Source: an uncultured virus (IMG/VR IMGVR_UViG_3300022917_000009)
Lineage: Duplodnaviria; Heunggongvirae; Uroviricota; Caudoviricetes
DNA length: 64,000 nucleotides
IMG/VR virus record: IMGVR_UViG_3300022917_000009
Reading direction: 5' to 3' (one strand)
Part shown: in pieces, positions 39,721 through 49,421 of the stretch
Position numbering within the stretch: position 1 is the first letter of the stretch
How the letters are laid out: every line of letters starts with the position of its first letter
Position numbers and translations under genes: made by a program
The notes under the pieces: model-generated
Databases searched by the model: none
What the model was told of the DNA's origin: nothing
Seen by the model: the letters and a program-made list of their open reading frames with translations, nothing else

Positions 39721-40509
39721 TTAGTTCGTCGGGTTACCGTAGACCAGAAGGGCACCTTCGGCCTTCGCGCCTTCAAGTGCCGTGCGGAGGTCGATGGTCG
39801 CACGCTCGCGCGCACGAGCCACAGCGTTCTCGACGGGAATCAGGCGGAAGGTCTTCTCGACGTGGTTGGTGTCCACGGCGCAGAGCACTTCGTACTTGTC
39901 GTCGCGGAATTCCAGCACATCCCACACACCGACGCGGAGGGTGACGGACTCCGGGAACGACGCCCCGTTGCCGGAAAGCTCGGCGACAATGTTGCGACCG
40001 AGGGACTCCTTACCGACAGAGAGGGAGGTCTCGTCTGCGCCAGCCGCCGACCACTTCACGTTCTTGACCGCGGCCACGAAATCAGCGCTGACGGCATTGA
40101 GGAACGTGGTGCGGAGGAGGTTCCAGAACTCGCGCTGAGAGAACGTCTTGCCGTGAATCTGCGTCAGCGTGGCGAAGGCGGACTGGAACGGGAGCGCCAG
40201 CGTGGCCTTCGCCCGGCGGGTGACATCGCCGGAGACGACCGGCTTGGTTGCCGCAGCGGAGTTGGTCTTGTCGTTGTAGTAGATCGTACCGTCGGCGCCC
40301 GCGAAGTCGGCGAGGTCTTGCGTGCCGAGAACAGCGATGGCCTGCGGGTGCGGTTCGGCGGTGTGCTTGACGGGGATGCCGTTCTTGGTGTCATACAGGA
40401 AGTACACGTCGCTGGGTTCGACGGCGGGGCGGAACTCCTTAACTTCAACCTCCTTGGCCTTCTGCGCCGTCTCAATCAGCGTAACTACTGCGTCGTTCTC
40501 GATCATCAT
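39721..40509 (-). CDS. DUF2303/YfdQ-like phage protein
   Basis: general resemblance (FSQREF...FPESVTLRVGVW) and pairing with upstream small gene. Confidence 0.45.
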   Translation of the reverse strand: MMIENDAVVTLIETAQKAKEVEVKEFRPAVEPSDVYFLYDTKNGIPVKHTAEPHPQAIAVLGTQDLADFAGADGTIYYNDKTNSAAATKPVVSGDVTRRAKATLALPFQSAFATLTQIHGKTFSQREFWNLLRTTFLNAVSADFVAAVKNVKWSAAGADETSLSVGKESLGRNIVAELSGNGASFPESVTLRVGVWDVLEFRDDKYEVLCAVDTNHVEKTFRLIPVENAVARARERATIDLRTALEGAKAEGALLVYGNPTN

Positions 40510-40540
40510 TCAGTTCCCCTTGGGAGTCGGCGATGGTGTA

Positions 40541-40927
40541 TTACTCGGTGTCGCGAACAATGCTGCCGTCGCGCTTGATGAACTCCGGCTCTTCCATCGC
40601 GGGGCGGTCGGAGAACGATGCGGTGACAATGGTTTCCCCGCGCTGGCCGGAACGCTCGCGCGTCTGCATGACGTAATCGCGGGTCTGGAGCTTCGGCGTC
40701 GAGACCTTCATGCTGAAGGAGGTTTGCACGTCGTCCATGGCCGCGCCGGTATCGTTGACGATGGGCGCGAACGTGATTTCCAGCGTGACCTTGCGGGCCT
40801 TGTCCTCGTTGGGCCGGTCGGCGCAATCCAGCAGGGCTTGCCGGATGCAGCTATCCAGCGCCGCCGCGATCTTGCCATCATCGACCTTCGCGAGGTTCTC
40901 CGTATTCAGTGCGTGACTCTTGGGCAT
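40541..40927 (-). CDS. conserved phage protein usually paired with YfdQ-like gene
   Basis: DCADRP..DKARKVTLEITFAP motif. Confidence 0.5.
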   Translation of the reverse strand: MPKSHALNTENLAKVDDGKIAAALDSCIRQALLDCADRPNEDKARKVTLEITFAPIVNDTGAAMDDVQTSFSMKVSTPKLQTRDYVMQTRERSGQRGETIVTASFSDRPAMEEPEFIKRDGSIVRDTE

Positions 40928-40959
40928 TGGGCGCCCCTTCCGTTTAAGATGCCGCAACC

Positions 40960-41050
40960 CCGCCCTTTCCCCGCCGCCGGGTCAAGGACTATTTCGACGC
41001 GCGTCCACAATTATCGTTGACGCGCCGAGCGGGAGACGGGGAGGGTGCGG
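40960..41050. promoter_or_regulatory. divergent promoter pair
   Basis: TTGACC on minus (40980-40985) and TTGACG on plus (41017-41022) between divergent operons. Confidence 0.5.
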
Positions 41051-41069
41051 CAATTCAAAGGAGGCAGAG

Positions 41070-41360
41070 ATGACCGCGCGAACTTGGAGTGCCTTTTTCA
41101 CAACAGCCATCGGGGCAACGGTGCTCTCGATTGGCTATCTTGCAAAATGCGCCAGCGCATCGCCCGCAACAAGTGCAAGTCCCAGCAAGCCGAACCCGTG
41201 CGTGTACACAGACCGCCAAATCGTGTGCGAAACATGCGGGCAGACTTACACGGTTACGAACTTTACGTGCCCCGACGGAAGCTGTGGCTCAATCTCGTCT
41301 CACGCGGACATCGTGTACCCGAACAACTCTTGTACCTGCACATGCGGAAAGAACCACTGA
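41070..41360 (+). CDS. secreted Cys-rich small protein
   Basis: AGGAGG RBS, signal-like N-terminus, 8 Cys in mature part. Confidence 0.6.
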   Translation: MTARTWSAFFTTAIGATVLSIGYLAKCASASPATSASPSKPNPCVYTDRQIVCETCGQTYTVTNFTCPDGSCGSISSHADIVYPNNSCTCTCGKNH

Positions 41361-41611
41361 TGCCAACCAAATTTCTCACAGTCGCCGAGTTCGCCGAGAA
41401 GGTGAAGGCCACGCCGGGCGCGGTTCGCTACGCGATTCGCAACGAAGTGCTGAAGATCAAACTCGTAAATGCCGCGTGGGGCATGTCGTATCCCGTCTCG
41501 CCGTACGAAGTTGTCGATTCCGCGGCGAACGTGAAGGCATGGCAAAACCGCCCGCGTGCCGGGATGCCGAAGGGTGCGAAGATGGCCGACGGGAAGAGGG
41601 GGAAGAAATGA
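41360..41611 (+). CDS. excisionase-like HTH DNA-binding protein
   Basis: FLTVAEFAEKVKATPGAVRYAI. Confidence 0.6.
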   Translation: MPTKFLTVAEFAEKVKATPGAVRYAIRNEVLKIKLVNAAWGMSYPVSPYEVVDSAANVKAWQNRPRAGMPKGAKMADGKRGKK

Positions 41612-41841
41612 GCCTCGAAACCCACACCCTGAAGTTCCCCACGAACGTCGGCGGACAACTATTCCCGACGGGGACTCGCGTGCGTGCGGTGAACGCCGAC
41701 GACGCAGCCGTGCGGGAATTGTTCCCGGGCATTTCGCCGAACGACCTCTCCCCGCTGGCGATGGCGTACTTTCCGAATATCCAGAAGCCCGTGGTGGTGA
41801 CGGCGGCGGACCTTGTGAAAATCGAGGAGTCGCCCAAGTGA
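41608..41841 (+). CDS. hypothetical protein
   Basis: ATGA overlap. Confidence 0.5.
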   Translation: MSLETHTLKFPTNVGGQLFPTGTRVRAVNADDAAVRELFPGISPNDLSPLAMAYFPNIQKPVVVTAADLVKIEESPK

Positions 41842-42092
41842 TTTTGCTCACCCACTCCGGCACCGGCTTCGCGTGGGACTGCGCCTGCGGGCGGCGGAAC
41901 CACGATGACTGGGAGCGCGTGCCCCGCGGCGAGGAAAACGCCATGGTGCGCGCATTTTTTGAGGCAACAACCGGGGCCGCGCCGGGAAGCGGTCAAATGG
42001 GACGCCCGCCCCGCAACGTCACCTGCTCTGGATGCGACACGACCTTTGTTGCGCAGGTCGCACCTTGGACGAGGAAGGAAGAGGAATCGTGA
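41838..42092 (+). CDS. zinc-ribbon protein
   Basis: CAC and CSGC motifs; GTGA overlap. Confidence 0.45.
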   Translation: MILLTHSGTGFAWDCACGRRNHDDWERVPRGEENAMVRAFFEATTGAAPGSGQMGRPPRNVTCSGCDTTFVAQVAPWTRKEEES

Positions 42093-42280
42093 CGCAACTC
42101 GACGTTCTGTACATCGCCATCGCCGTTGGGGTGGCTCTTCAAACCCTGAAGGAATTGCCCGGCCATCCGCTGTACCACAAGATAATCGTCGGCATCATAC
42201 TTGGCTCGATATGGCCGCTATTCCTCGGAGGAATTCTGGTTCGGATGGACGTGTTCCTTGTTAGAATGAGCAAGCCATGA
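42089..42280 (+). CDS. small membrane protein
   Basis: two hydrophobic helices. Confidence 0.5.
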   Translation: MTQLDVLYIAIAVGVALQTLKELPGHPLYHKIIVGIILGSIWPLFLGGILVRMDVFLVRMSKP

Positions 42281-42654
42281 CGCCCCTCTCCCCCTGTCCG
42301 TTCTGCGGCTCCACCGACCTGAAACTCACCTTTGGCGTGGTCTTCGCCATCTGGTGCAAGAACCCCGAATGCCGAGCGACTGGCCCCGAGGGAGAGACCG
42401 AGGAGGACGCGTGGAAGAACTGGAACAAGCGCCACGAGGCCCCGAAGGGATTCTACCGAGGAGACATAGGAAGCTCCAGTGAGATGTTGATATTTACCCC
42501 TGACGGAATCGTCACCGAGGATGGGAAGCCCTTTGGCGCCGAGGGGAACAAGGCCATCGGCTCTGGAAGTGACATGCTCACCTCCCGTACTGTCACACGT
42601 AGTGAACCATCGCCACCCCAAGGAGACGGGACAGATGCCGAAGTTCAAAGTTGA
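42277..42654 (+). CDS. Lar-family restriction alleviation-like protein
   Basis: LSPCPFCGS...C..C.ATGP....EEDAWKNWNKR. Confidence 0.7.
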   Translation: MTPLSPCPFCGSTDLKLTFGVVFAIWCKNPECRATGPEGETEEDAWKNWNKRHEAPKGFYRGDIGSSSEMLIFTPDGIVTEDGKPFGAEGNKAIGSGSDMLTSRTVTRSEPSPPQGDGTDAEVQS

Positions 42655-43096
42655 ATTCGAGATGGAAGCGGAAAGCGCATGGTGGGCTGAAAACAAACTG
42701 AAGGCAGCCCTTAGGCTCGCCACTGAAATGGCGGGAGAAAAGGTCGTGTCCGCATCCAAGATATTCGACATCCGCGAGGCACTGCGCGCCCACGACCTGT
42801 GGGAGTCGATCAAGTCCATCACCGTCAACGAGATCGTGCCCGGTTCCCAAGCACAGACAGGTGCCCCCGTCGGCGAGATGGCGGTTTTCTGCGTGTCTCG
42901 GAGAACGGACTACCAGATGCCCTTCGGGTACAAGCAAGTGTATTCAGGCCACATCCAGCCCGGCGACTTGTATTACTCCGAAGGCGAGAGTGCCCCCGCG
43001 TGGACCATCGTGCTTGCGAGAGGCTACATGGACGGAGACCCGGTGAAGAAGGCGCTCTGTGTTATCCGCAAGGAGGACGCCGACGATGGCTGCTGA
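42635..43096 (+). CDS. hypothetical protein
   Basis: AAGGAG RBS before MPKFKVEF. Confidence 0.55.
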   Translation: MPKFKVEFEMEAESAWWAENKLKAALRLATEMAGEKVVSASKIFDIREALRAHDLWESIKSITVNEIVPGSQAQTGAPVGEMAVFCVSRRTDYQMPFGYKQVYSGHIQPGDLYYSEGESAPAWTIVLARGYMDGDPVKKALCVIRKEDADDGC

Positions 43097-43571
43097 CATC
43101 GAAGACCTGCTGAAGGAAGTGCAGGAGTTGAGCGGCGACGTGTTGGTCGCCGAAGCAGCAAAGACAATTGGAATGAAGCCAACCGGAATCGGATGGCGAG
43201 TCGGCACAGTAGGCAACTTCCTAACCCACAGCCCCTTCGACCTCAACCGCGCGCTGGAGTGGCTGGACGAAAACTCCGAGAACTTCGAAGGCACTTTCCC
43301 TTGTCACCATCCCAACAGGCGCGGGCCGTGGATGGCTCATGGGAATTACGGGGAATGGCTAACCACTGGCGCCTCCCCGGCCGAGGCCGTCATGCGCGCC
43401 TGCGTGCTCGTGGCGAGGATGAAGGAGGCGGATGCAGCGAACCAACACCCCACGATTCCCGGCCCTCCCGAAGTGGACGCCGCAATTGCTCGGATCGCCG
43501 AGGAGAGCGGCGGGATCGTCCGCTACGAGGATTCGGAATTCGCCAAGGGGAAGGAGGATGCCGGGGAATGA
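43086..43571 (+). CDS. phage ABA-sandwich-like protein
   Basis: DLNRALEWLD...ASPAEAVMRACV. Confidence 0.45.
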   Translation: MAADIEDLLKEVQELSGDVLVAEAAKTIGMKPTGIGWRVGTVGNFLTHSPFDLNRALEWLDENSENFEGTFPCHHPNRRGPWMAHGNYGEWLTTGASPAEAVMRACVLVARMKEADAANQHPTIPGPPEVDAAIARIAEESGGIVRYEDSEFAKGKEDAGE

Positions 43572-43726
43572 GTAACCGTCGCCGCAAACTCGTGCCCATT
43601 CAAGTCCGAGAAATTCGCGCACTCCTCGCCGCGGGGGCAACGTGTAGCTCCATCGCCAAGCGGTTCGGAATCTCGCCCAGCACGGTGAAGACTATCAAGC
43701 AGGGTAAATCGTGGAGGGACGTATGA
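43568..43726 (+). CDS. small HTH protein
   Basis: QVREIRALL...IAKRFGISPSTVKTIKQGKSW. Confidence 0.65.
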   Translation: MSNRRRKLVPIQVREIRALLAAGATCSSIAKRFGISPSTVKTIKQGKSWRDV

Positions 43727-43980
43727 GCACCACCCGCATAATCCGCAACTCCGCCCGGTGCCTGTCCTGCGGCGAGGAGGTGGAGTCGAAGTCCCGATGG
43801 GATTACGTGGTGTGCTCATGCGGAAAGCTCGCGGTGGACGGGGGGCGCGACTACCTGAAGCGCATCACCAAGGGCCGCGATGACTACGAGGACACCAGCC
43901 AGACGATCACCGTCGAAGACCCGATGGTTGATCCGCCAGCGCCGAAGGAGCAGGAAGATGGCAGAGATAAGACACATTAG
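43723..43980 (+). CDS. zinc-ribbon phage protein
   Basis: NSARCLSCGEEVES..DYVVCSCGKLAVDGG.DYLKR. Confidence 0.65.
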   Translation: MSTTRIIRNSARCLSCGEEVESKSRWDYVVCSCGKLAVDGGRDYLKRITKGRDDYEDTSQTITVEDPMVDPPAPKEQEDGRDKTH

Positions 43981-44200
43981 GAGAAGGCAATTATACGCCA
44001 AGCACACCCTCTGCTTCTGGTGCGAAAAACCACTACTCAGAAGCGAAACCACCGTAGATCACCTAACCCCACAATCTCGGGGAGGAACTTTTTTCTACGG
44101 GAACCTTGTTCTTTCATGCGGACCATGCAACAACAAGCGCGGAGCCAGTGAGCCCACCGAAGAAGACTTCCGGCGCCAAGAAGAGCTTTACGGCCCATGA
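43958..44200 (+). CDS. HNH endonuclease
   Basis: CFWC...TVDHLTPQSRGG...NLVLSCGPCNNKRG. Confidence 0.85.
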   Translation: MAEIRHIRRRQLYAKHTLCFWCEKPLLRSETTVDHLTPQSRGGTFFYGNLVLSCGPCNNKRGASEPTEEDFRRQEELYGP

Positions 44201-44344
44201 CAGCAAAATCCCCCCCGGGACTGAGCAGCCGGGGGGATTCGCTTTGCCTGACGAGGGCGGTAAAATGTTCTCGCGCGTTAGCGCGCGCAACGACCGGACG
44301 AACCGATACCAGCGCCCCCATCCCCGCGCGCCGCGGGCCGGGAG

Positions 44345-44617
44345 TCAATCGGAACCGATAATCGGAAGCTCTTTGCAATCGGCCTCTGTCGCATCGCGCA
44401 AGAACTCGACATTAGTGCAGGAACACGGGCACTCGTTTTCGTCGTGGTCGTCTGCCCATTCGCCCATCTCGCGCCACAAATTGCTCAGGCAGTACGACCC
44501 ATCGTTGAAATGGAAGTTCACCAAGTTCGCATCCCACTGCGGATCGTCTGGGACGCTGACGACCATCTCGGAAACGACCCGAATCACGACTTTCTTGGTT
44601 GGTCCAGTGAGACTCAT
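44345..44617 (-). CDS. hypothetical protein
   Basis: ATGA overlap. Confidence 0.5.
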   Translation of the reverse strand: MSLTGPTKKVVIRVVSEMVVSVPDDPQWDANLVNFHFNDGSYCLSNLWREMGEWADDHDENECPCSCTNVEFLRDATEADCKELPIIGSD

Positions 44618-44805
44618 ACCGGCGCGTGCCCCCTGTCGATGGCGGCCTGCTTGATGGCCCTGAACTTCTCCTGCTCCTCCGGCGTCAGCACAATCGAGCA
44701 GGAGAACGTGGACTGAATGGCGGCGAGACGCTCAACGATTCCCGGCGGCATATCCTTGTAGACGGGCACTTCAGTCCACACGGTTCGGTCGTAAATCGTC
44801 CTCAT
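44614..44805 (-). CDS. hypothetical protein
   Basis: GGAGG RBS. Confidence 0.5.
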   Translation of the reverse strand: MRTIYDRTVWTEVPVYKDMPPGIVERLAAIQSTFSCSIVLTPEEQEKFRAIKQAAIDRGHAPV

Positions 44806-45049
44806 CGCGCCCCCTCCGGCAGCCGCATCGAGCGGTCGAAGGCAGCGCGGCCTTCTCTATGGCGCGCGACTCGATCCGGCGGATTCTATGCGTTAGGTGC
44901 TTATGCCTGCCCTTGTGGCGGCGGCACCCCTTCGGCCCGCAGTGAACACGCCAGTCGTCCCATTCCCACCCGTAGTTGAGAACGCTTCGGGCGATGTCGC
45001 CAGAGTATCCTTCGGTGGCACCTTGAACGTCTCGGCGATAGGACATCAT
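44771..45049 (-). CDS. hypothetical basic protein
   Basis: GGAG RBS. Confidence 0.4.
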   Translation of the reverse strand: MMSYRRDVQGATEGYSGDIARSVLNYGWEWDDWRVHCGPKGCRRHKGRHKHLTHRIRRIESRAIEKAALPSTARCGCRRGRDEDDLRPNRVD

Positions 45050-45080
45050 GGCTTCTCCGGGGAGGGGGCGGGCAGGGTCA

Positions 45081-45416
45081 TCATCCTGTACCAATCTGTG
45101 CCGCGATGACATTCAGGCTCGAAAGTGCCTCTTCCAACGCCCGGTTTGCATCATGCAGCGCCGAGAGGTGGCTCCCATCGCTCGGGGGCGGCGGAGGCTC
45201 TGCGGCCACAGGCACCTCACCGAACATCTTTCGTTTGATCGCCCACGCCTGAGCCCGGACGTTCTCGGCCAACTCCCCTGTGTGGTGCAGGGAATTCGCG
45301 AAGTACGGCTGCGGTGGGGCTTCTTTATCCGGCTCTGCCGGGGGCACAATACGTGAAGCGTGAGACGGTCCGTAAACCGGAAGCGTGCCGTTGTTTACTG
45401 CATTGCGAGGTGCCAT
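45081..45416 (-). CDS. hypothetical protein
   Basis: AAGGAGAAGG RBS; TTGACT upstream at 45463-45468. Confidence 0.5.
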   Translation of the reverse strand: MAPRNAVNNGTLPVYGPSHASRIVPPAEPDKEAPPQPYFANSLHHTGELAENVRAQAWAIKRKMFGEVPVAAEPPPPPSDGSHLSALHDANRALEEALSSLNVIAAQIGTG

Positions 45417-45687
45417 ATCAGTCCTTCTCCTTGCCCCCACCGCGCCACGGAAGGGGAGGGAGAGTCAACTGCAAAACGCGTTCTCCACGGAACTGCATCT
45501 TGCCCTCCCGAAAAGAGAAGACAAAGCGAACAAAATAACCGATACCCGCATGAAATCGACCTACTTCTGAAGTGGTACGCCAGTTACCACTTGGAAACCG
45601 GAGCCTTTGTTTACCTCAAAATACCCGTTGCATTCCGCCCACCACCCATGTTCAACCGAGAACTCACACGGCAACAACAGGGGTCAC

Positions 45688-45912
45688 ATGGCTACTCAAC
45701 TCGAAAAGATTCAACGCGCTTTGGATGCAGGGGTCGTCAATCAAACGGACCTCGCGAGCGCCAGCGGGGTACATCGCCTCACTGTTCATCGCATTCACAA
45801 GCAGCCGGGATTCGATCCGCGCTGGAGCGACGTGATAAAACTGCATCATGCGCTGGGGAAGATTAAACGGCAAGTACAGGCGCACGCCCGCGGCAAGCGG
45901 GGTGCGGAATGA
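45688..45912 (+). CDS. Cro/XRE-like HTH regulator
   Basis: NQTDLASASGVHRLTVHRI...PRWSDVIKL. Confidence 0.7.
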   Translation: MATQLEKIQRALDAGVVNQTDLASASGVHRLTVHRIHKQPGFDPRWSDVIKLHHALGKIKRQVQAHARGKRGAE

Positions 45913-47873
45913 GCGCCCTCGAACGCATCCCCGTCCAACTCCCGCCGCACAACATGGAAACCGAGGCCGCAGTCCTGGGCGCCATGCTGATGGACAACGA
46001 CGTGATCCCCGATGTCCTTGGGATCGTTAAGCCCGAAGACTTCTATTTCGAGGGCAACCGAATCATCTGCGCGGCCATGGGCGAAATCTGGAACTCGGGA
46101 AGCCCCATAGACCTAACGCTTCTCGCAAACCATCTGCGCGAGCGGAAACTTCTCGACATAGCTGGCGGCGCCCTCCACATAGCCTCTCTTGAGCAGTACG
46201 TACTTTCCAGCGGAGCCGCGCCAGAAAACGCCCGTATCGTCGCGAAGATGGCCGAAGCGAGGCGGCTCTTCGAATACTGCCGGAAGGTTGTGACCGGGGA
46301 AATCCCGTGCCTAAACGGCACCATGGCGAGCACTCTCCGCGACGGCGCCATGATTATCAACGGCGCCCAGAAGCGCCTCGCGATTCGCCGCGAACTGAAA
46401 ACCGGACGCCCCGTCCTGCCAACATTCCCGGTTAACTGCCTGCCGGATTGGCTGGCGCGGTTTGTCGGCCAAGTCTCGTGGGCAAACGAAGCGAACATCG
46501 ACATGTGCTGCTTGCACGCCCTCGGAGTGATCGGCGCCGCACTTGGTGGCCGAGTTCGATGCAACGTCTACGACGATTGGTACGAAGCCATCCAGTTGTA
46601 TCTGCTCACCGTCCTTCCCCCTTCCGACCGGAAAACCAAGGCAACCTCGGAACTCATGCGCCCTGCCGACGACTACGAAGATGACCGGGAGCGCGCCCAC
46701 AAGAAAAAGGCCCGAAGCGCCGCCAAGATGATCCCGTTTTTGAAGAACAAGGTAAAAGCCCTCCAAAAGGAAGCTGCCAAGGGACCACAGGCTCGCGCAG
46801 GAACAGACACGGAACTCGAAGCGGCAGAGACACAACTCGACCTTGCCGAATCCGAGTCGGCCCCATACCGGTATTTCAACAACACAAACCCGACTCCCGA
46901 GTCACTGTGCGCCTGCATGGCCGCGAACAACGGGCGCGGCGCCATCATCACAGACGAAGCAGAGGTTTTCAACACGATCAGTTGGCGCGACGGATCGGCC
47001 AATCTGGGCATCTACCTGAACGGGCACACCAACGCGAAAATTGTGGAGAGTAGAAGCGCCGGGGACCGCATCATCAAATCCGCCGCCCTCACCATCAGCA
47101 TCGCCGCCCAGCCAGCAATGCTCGAAACCCTCGGGAAGGTGGCCGGGGGACGGGGCCGAGGATTCTTCGCCCGGTGGATCATTGCCTGCCCGGAATCTAG
47201 AATCGGATACAGGGAATCAACCTTCGGACGCGCCGTGGAAGACCACGTTCGCGAAACCTACCGGACCCAAGTTCGGAAAATGTACGAAATGCCCGACCGC
47301 GATGACGGGCATCGCTACTACATCGTCAAGTTCTCCAAAGAAGCCGCAGAACTCATGCGGGACATGGACGAATCGCGTGAGCACCGCCTCCGAGAAGGCG
47401 CCGATCTACACTCTTTGGGCGATTGGGCCGGTAAATACACCGGAATGGTCGCCCGGATCGCTACTATCCTACATTTCGCCGAGCATGTGTACGGGGAATT
47501 CGACGCCCGCGATGTAATCCGCAAAGACATCAGCCAAGAATGCTTGGAAAAGGCCGCGGAAATCGGCGAATACTGCATCGAACACATCAAACACGCCTAT
47601 TCCGTCATGGGAGCCGATAGCAGCGGAGCCATGGACGACGCCCGGAAGATCATGGGCTGGTGCGAAAAGACCGGAAACACCGTTTTCGAGCCGCGAGACA
47701 TCCAAATCGCCTTCCGATGGTGGAAAGCCGACGCGGAAAAGATGGAACAAGCCCTCTCCACTCTCGTCGCGAACGGATGGCTCGAAGAGGAAGAGGTCCG
47801 CCCCCCGAAAGGTGGTCGCCCAAAGCGCGTTTTCCACGTCACCGGGAGCATCGAAGAGACCATCAAGGAGTAA
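45909..47873 (+). CDS. replication protein: DnaB N-terminal domain fused to DUF3987/YfjI-like helicase domain
   Basis: PPHNMETEAAVLGAML (DnaB-N); LPPSDRKT, TPESL, DEAE, AQP, GRGFFARW; C-terminal wHTH GGRP. Confidence 0.8.
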   Translation: MSALERIPVQLPPHNMETEAAVLGAMLMDNDVIPDVLGIVKPEDFYFEGNRIICAAMGEIWNSGSPIDLTLLANHLRERKLLDIAGGALHIASLEQYVLSSGAAPENARIVAKMAEARRLFEYCRKVVTGEIPCLNGTMASTLRDGAMIINGAQKRLAIRRELKTGRPVLPTFPVNCLPDWLARFVGQVSWANEANIDMCCLHALGVIGAALGGRVRCNVYDDWYEAIQLYLLTVLPPSDRKTKATSELMRPADDYEDDRERAHKKKARSAAKMIPFLKNKVKALQKEAAKGPQARAGTDTELEAAETQLDLAESESAPYRYFNNTNPTPESLCACMAANNGRGAIITDEAEVFNTISWRDGSANLGIYLNGHTNAKIVESRSAGDRIIKSAALTISIAAQPAMLETLGKVAGGRGRGFFARWIIACPESRIGYRESTFGRAVEDHVRETYRTQVRKMYEMPDRDDGHRYYIVKFSKEAAELMRDMDESREHRLREGADLHSLGDWAGKYTGMVARIATILHFAEHVYGEFDARDVIRKDISQECLEKAAEIGEYCIEHIKHAYSVMGADSSGAMDDARKIMGWCEKTGNTVFEPRDIQIAFRWWKADAEKMEQALSTLVANGWLEEEEVRPPKGGRPKRVFHVTGSIEETIKE

Positions 47874-47989
47874 CCGGCCTCCCAGCACGCGGAACTTCCC
47901 CGACTTCGCTTCCTGCTAGCTTGTAAAAGCGCGGAACTCCCCCGATCAGAGACCTGCCACAAGCCCCCTCTACCGCAGACGACCCAAAT

Positions 47990-48467
47990 TGCAGCACTCG
48001 TGCAGCACTCGACCAAGGAATTTGTCAGATGACCGTTTACTAATCAGACCAAAACAGACCGAGTGCCGCATGGAGAGTTCCATAAGTGTCGAGTGCTGCA
48101 CAGTACTGCACGAGTGCTGTCAGCACTCGTTGTCCAATAGACTCAATGGTTTGGACCGTAAAAAAGTCGAGTGCTGCACGATCCCCCCCCGTGTAAATGT
48201 GTGTGTCTAAATCGACTGCTGCGTATCTGAATTCGTGCAACTTTCAATACTTATACTTATACATCTGATTTTACACGCGTTACGACGATTTTACTTTTAT
48301 ACACGCCGGAAATTTGCAGCACTCGACGATTTTGCCCTCCAAATGACTGATTCTGTTTGAGATCGATTGCTGCATTCCGATTGCAGCACTTGCAGCACTC
48401 GACCCGAAACGGGGTTTTGAAAACCAGTTCGTGATCGGTCGAGTACGAAAGTCAGTGCAGCACTCGG
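47990..48467. repeat. iteron cluster / putative replication origin
   Basis: about 11 copies of (T)GCAGCACTCG(A) in both orientations around an AT-rich core at 48240-48300. Confidence 0.75.
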
Positions 48468-49040
48468 TTTTGGGTGCCGAGTCTCCGTCGGTCCTTTCCG
48501 AGGGCATCGCAAAGGTCGTGAAACGCTACGTGAAACATTTGCCGGAAGCGGGCAACGCGGTTCGGCCTATCTTGTGGCAGCCATCCCGCCCACGCATTGC
48601 CACCGGGAACCGCCCTCCCGTAAGCCCCAGAAGGCCCAAATCCCCGTCCGAGCCATCCCCCACAGGCAAATGGCGATAGAGGTTTAAAAGGGCCGGGATT
48701 GAATCTGTGGGTATGGGGGAGGGCAAAAATCAAAATTGTAGACCTCATGGACGGTATGTATAGCGCAACCGCCCAGCCGAGGGGGCATGGGAAACCGGGC
48801 TTCGGAAACGAACCCCACCCCCCATCGACACCCCGCCGCCGACCGCCTCTCCTTTCGTAAACACTCACTCTTTAATCCCACCGTGACGGCGATGCGGTCC
48901 GGCATGCCTCACGATACCCGCATGAATGGCTGTGATCTATCGCATCTGCTACCAATACAACGTGCGTTGTGTTGGGTTAGGGCGAAGGATGGGCGAAGTT
49001 TTAAGGATGGTTGGGAAGGTCGATACCGCGCGCGAGATGA

Positions 49041-49082
49041 TGTAAAGTTTCTTTACAATGCTCGATGTAAAGTTTGTTTACA
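49041..49082. promoter_or_regulatory. tandem palindromic operators TGTAAAG-TTT-(C/G)TTTACA
   Basis: copies at 49041-49057 and 49066-49082. Confidence 0.6.
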
Positions 49083-49421
49083 TTCGGCTCCTCCGGCGAC
49101 CCCTCTCGCGAGGCAAACTGTTGCAATTTGCAATACCTATTTCGCGGTCCAATAGCCATGATTGATCGAATTGGCACGATTCCGCTCTGCCCTCGCGCCC
49201 CTTGACCAACCAATCAACTAAGCATTTCTCTGCCTAGCCTGTATGTAAATTTCTTCCCACCTATCCCTTGCCGTTCCCGAATCATCCTCCCCGCCGCGAT
49301 AACAATTGCCATTCATACCGTTGTCGTTGTTGAAGTTACTATTTCCTTCCGTTTTGGCATTGCTGTTGCTATCGTTGTATGTCACCGGCACGGACCGGCA
49401 GGCACTCTTAGGAGACGAGAT

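Noticed and set aside
44247..44275. CTGACGAG as another hammerhead core
   Set aside because: No stem II followed by GAAA and no stem III/NUH found
47990..48467. GCAGCACTCG repeats as a mini-CRISPR
   Set aside because: Too short, irregular spacing and both orientations; fits iterons better
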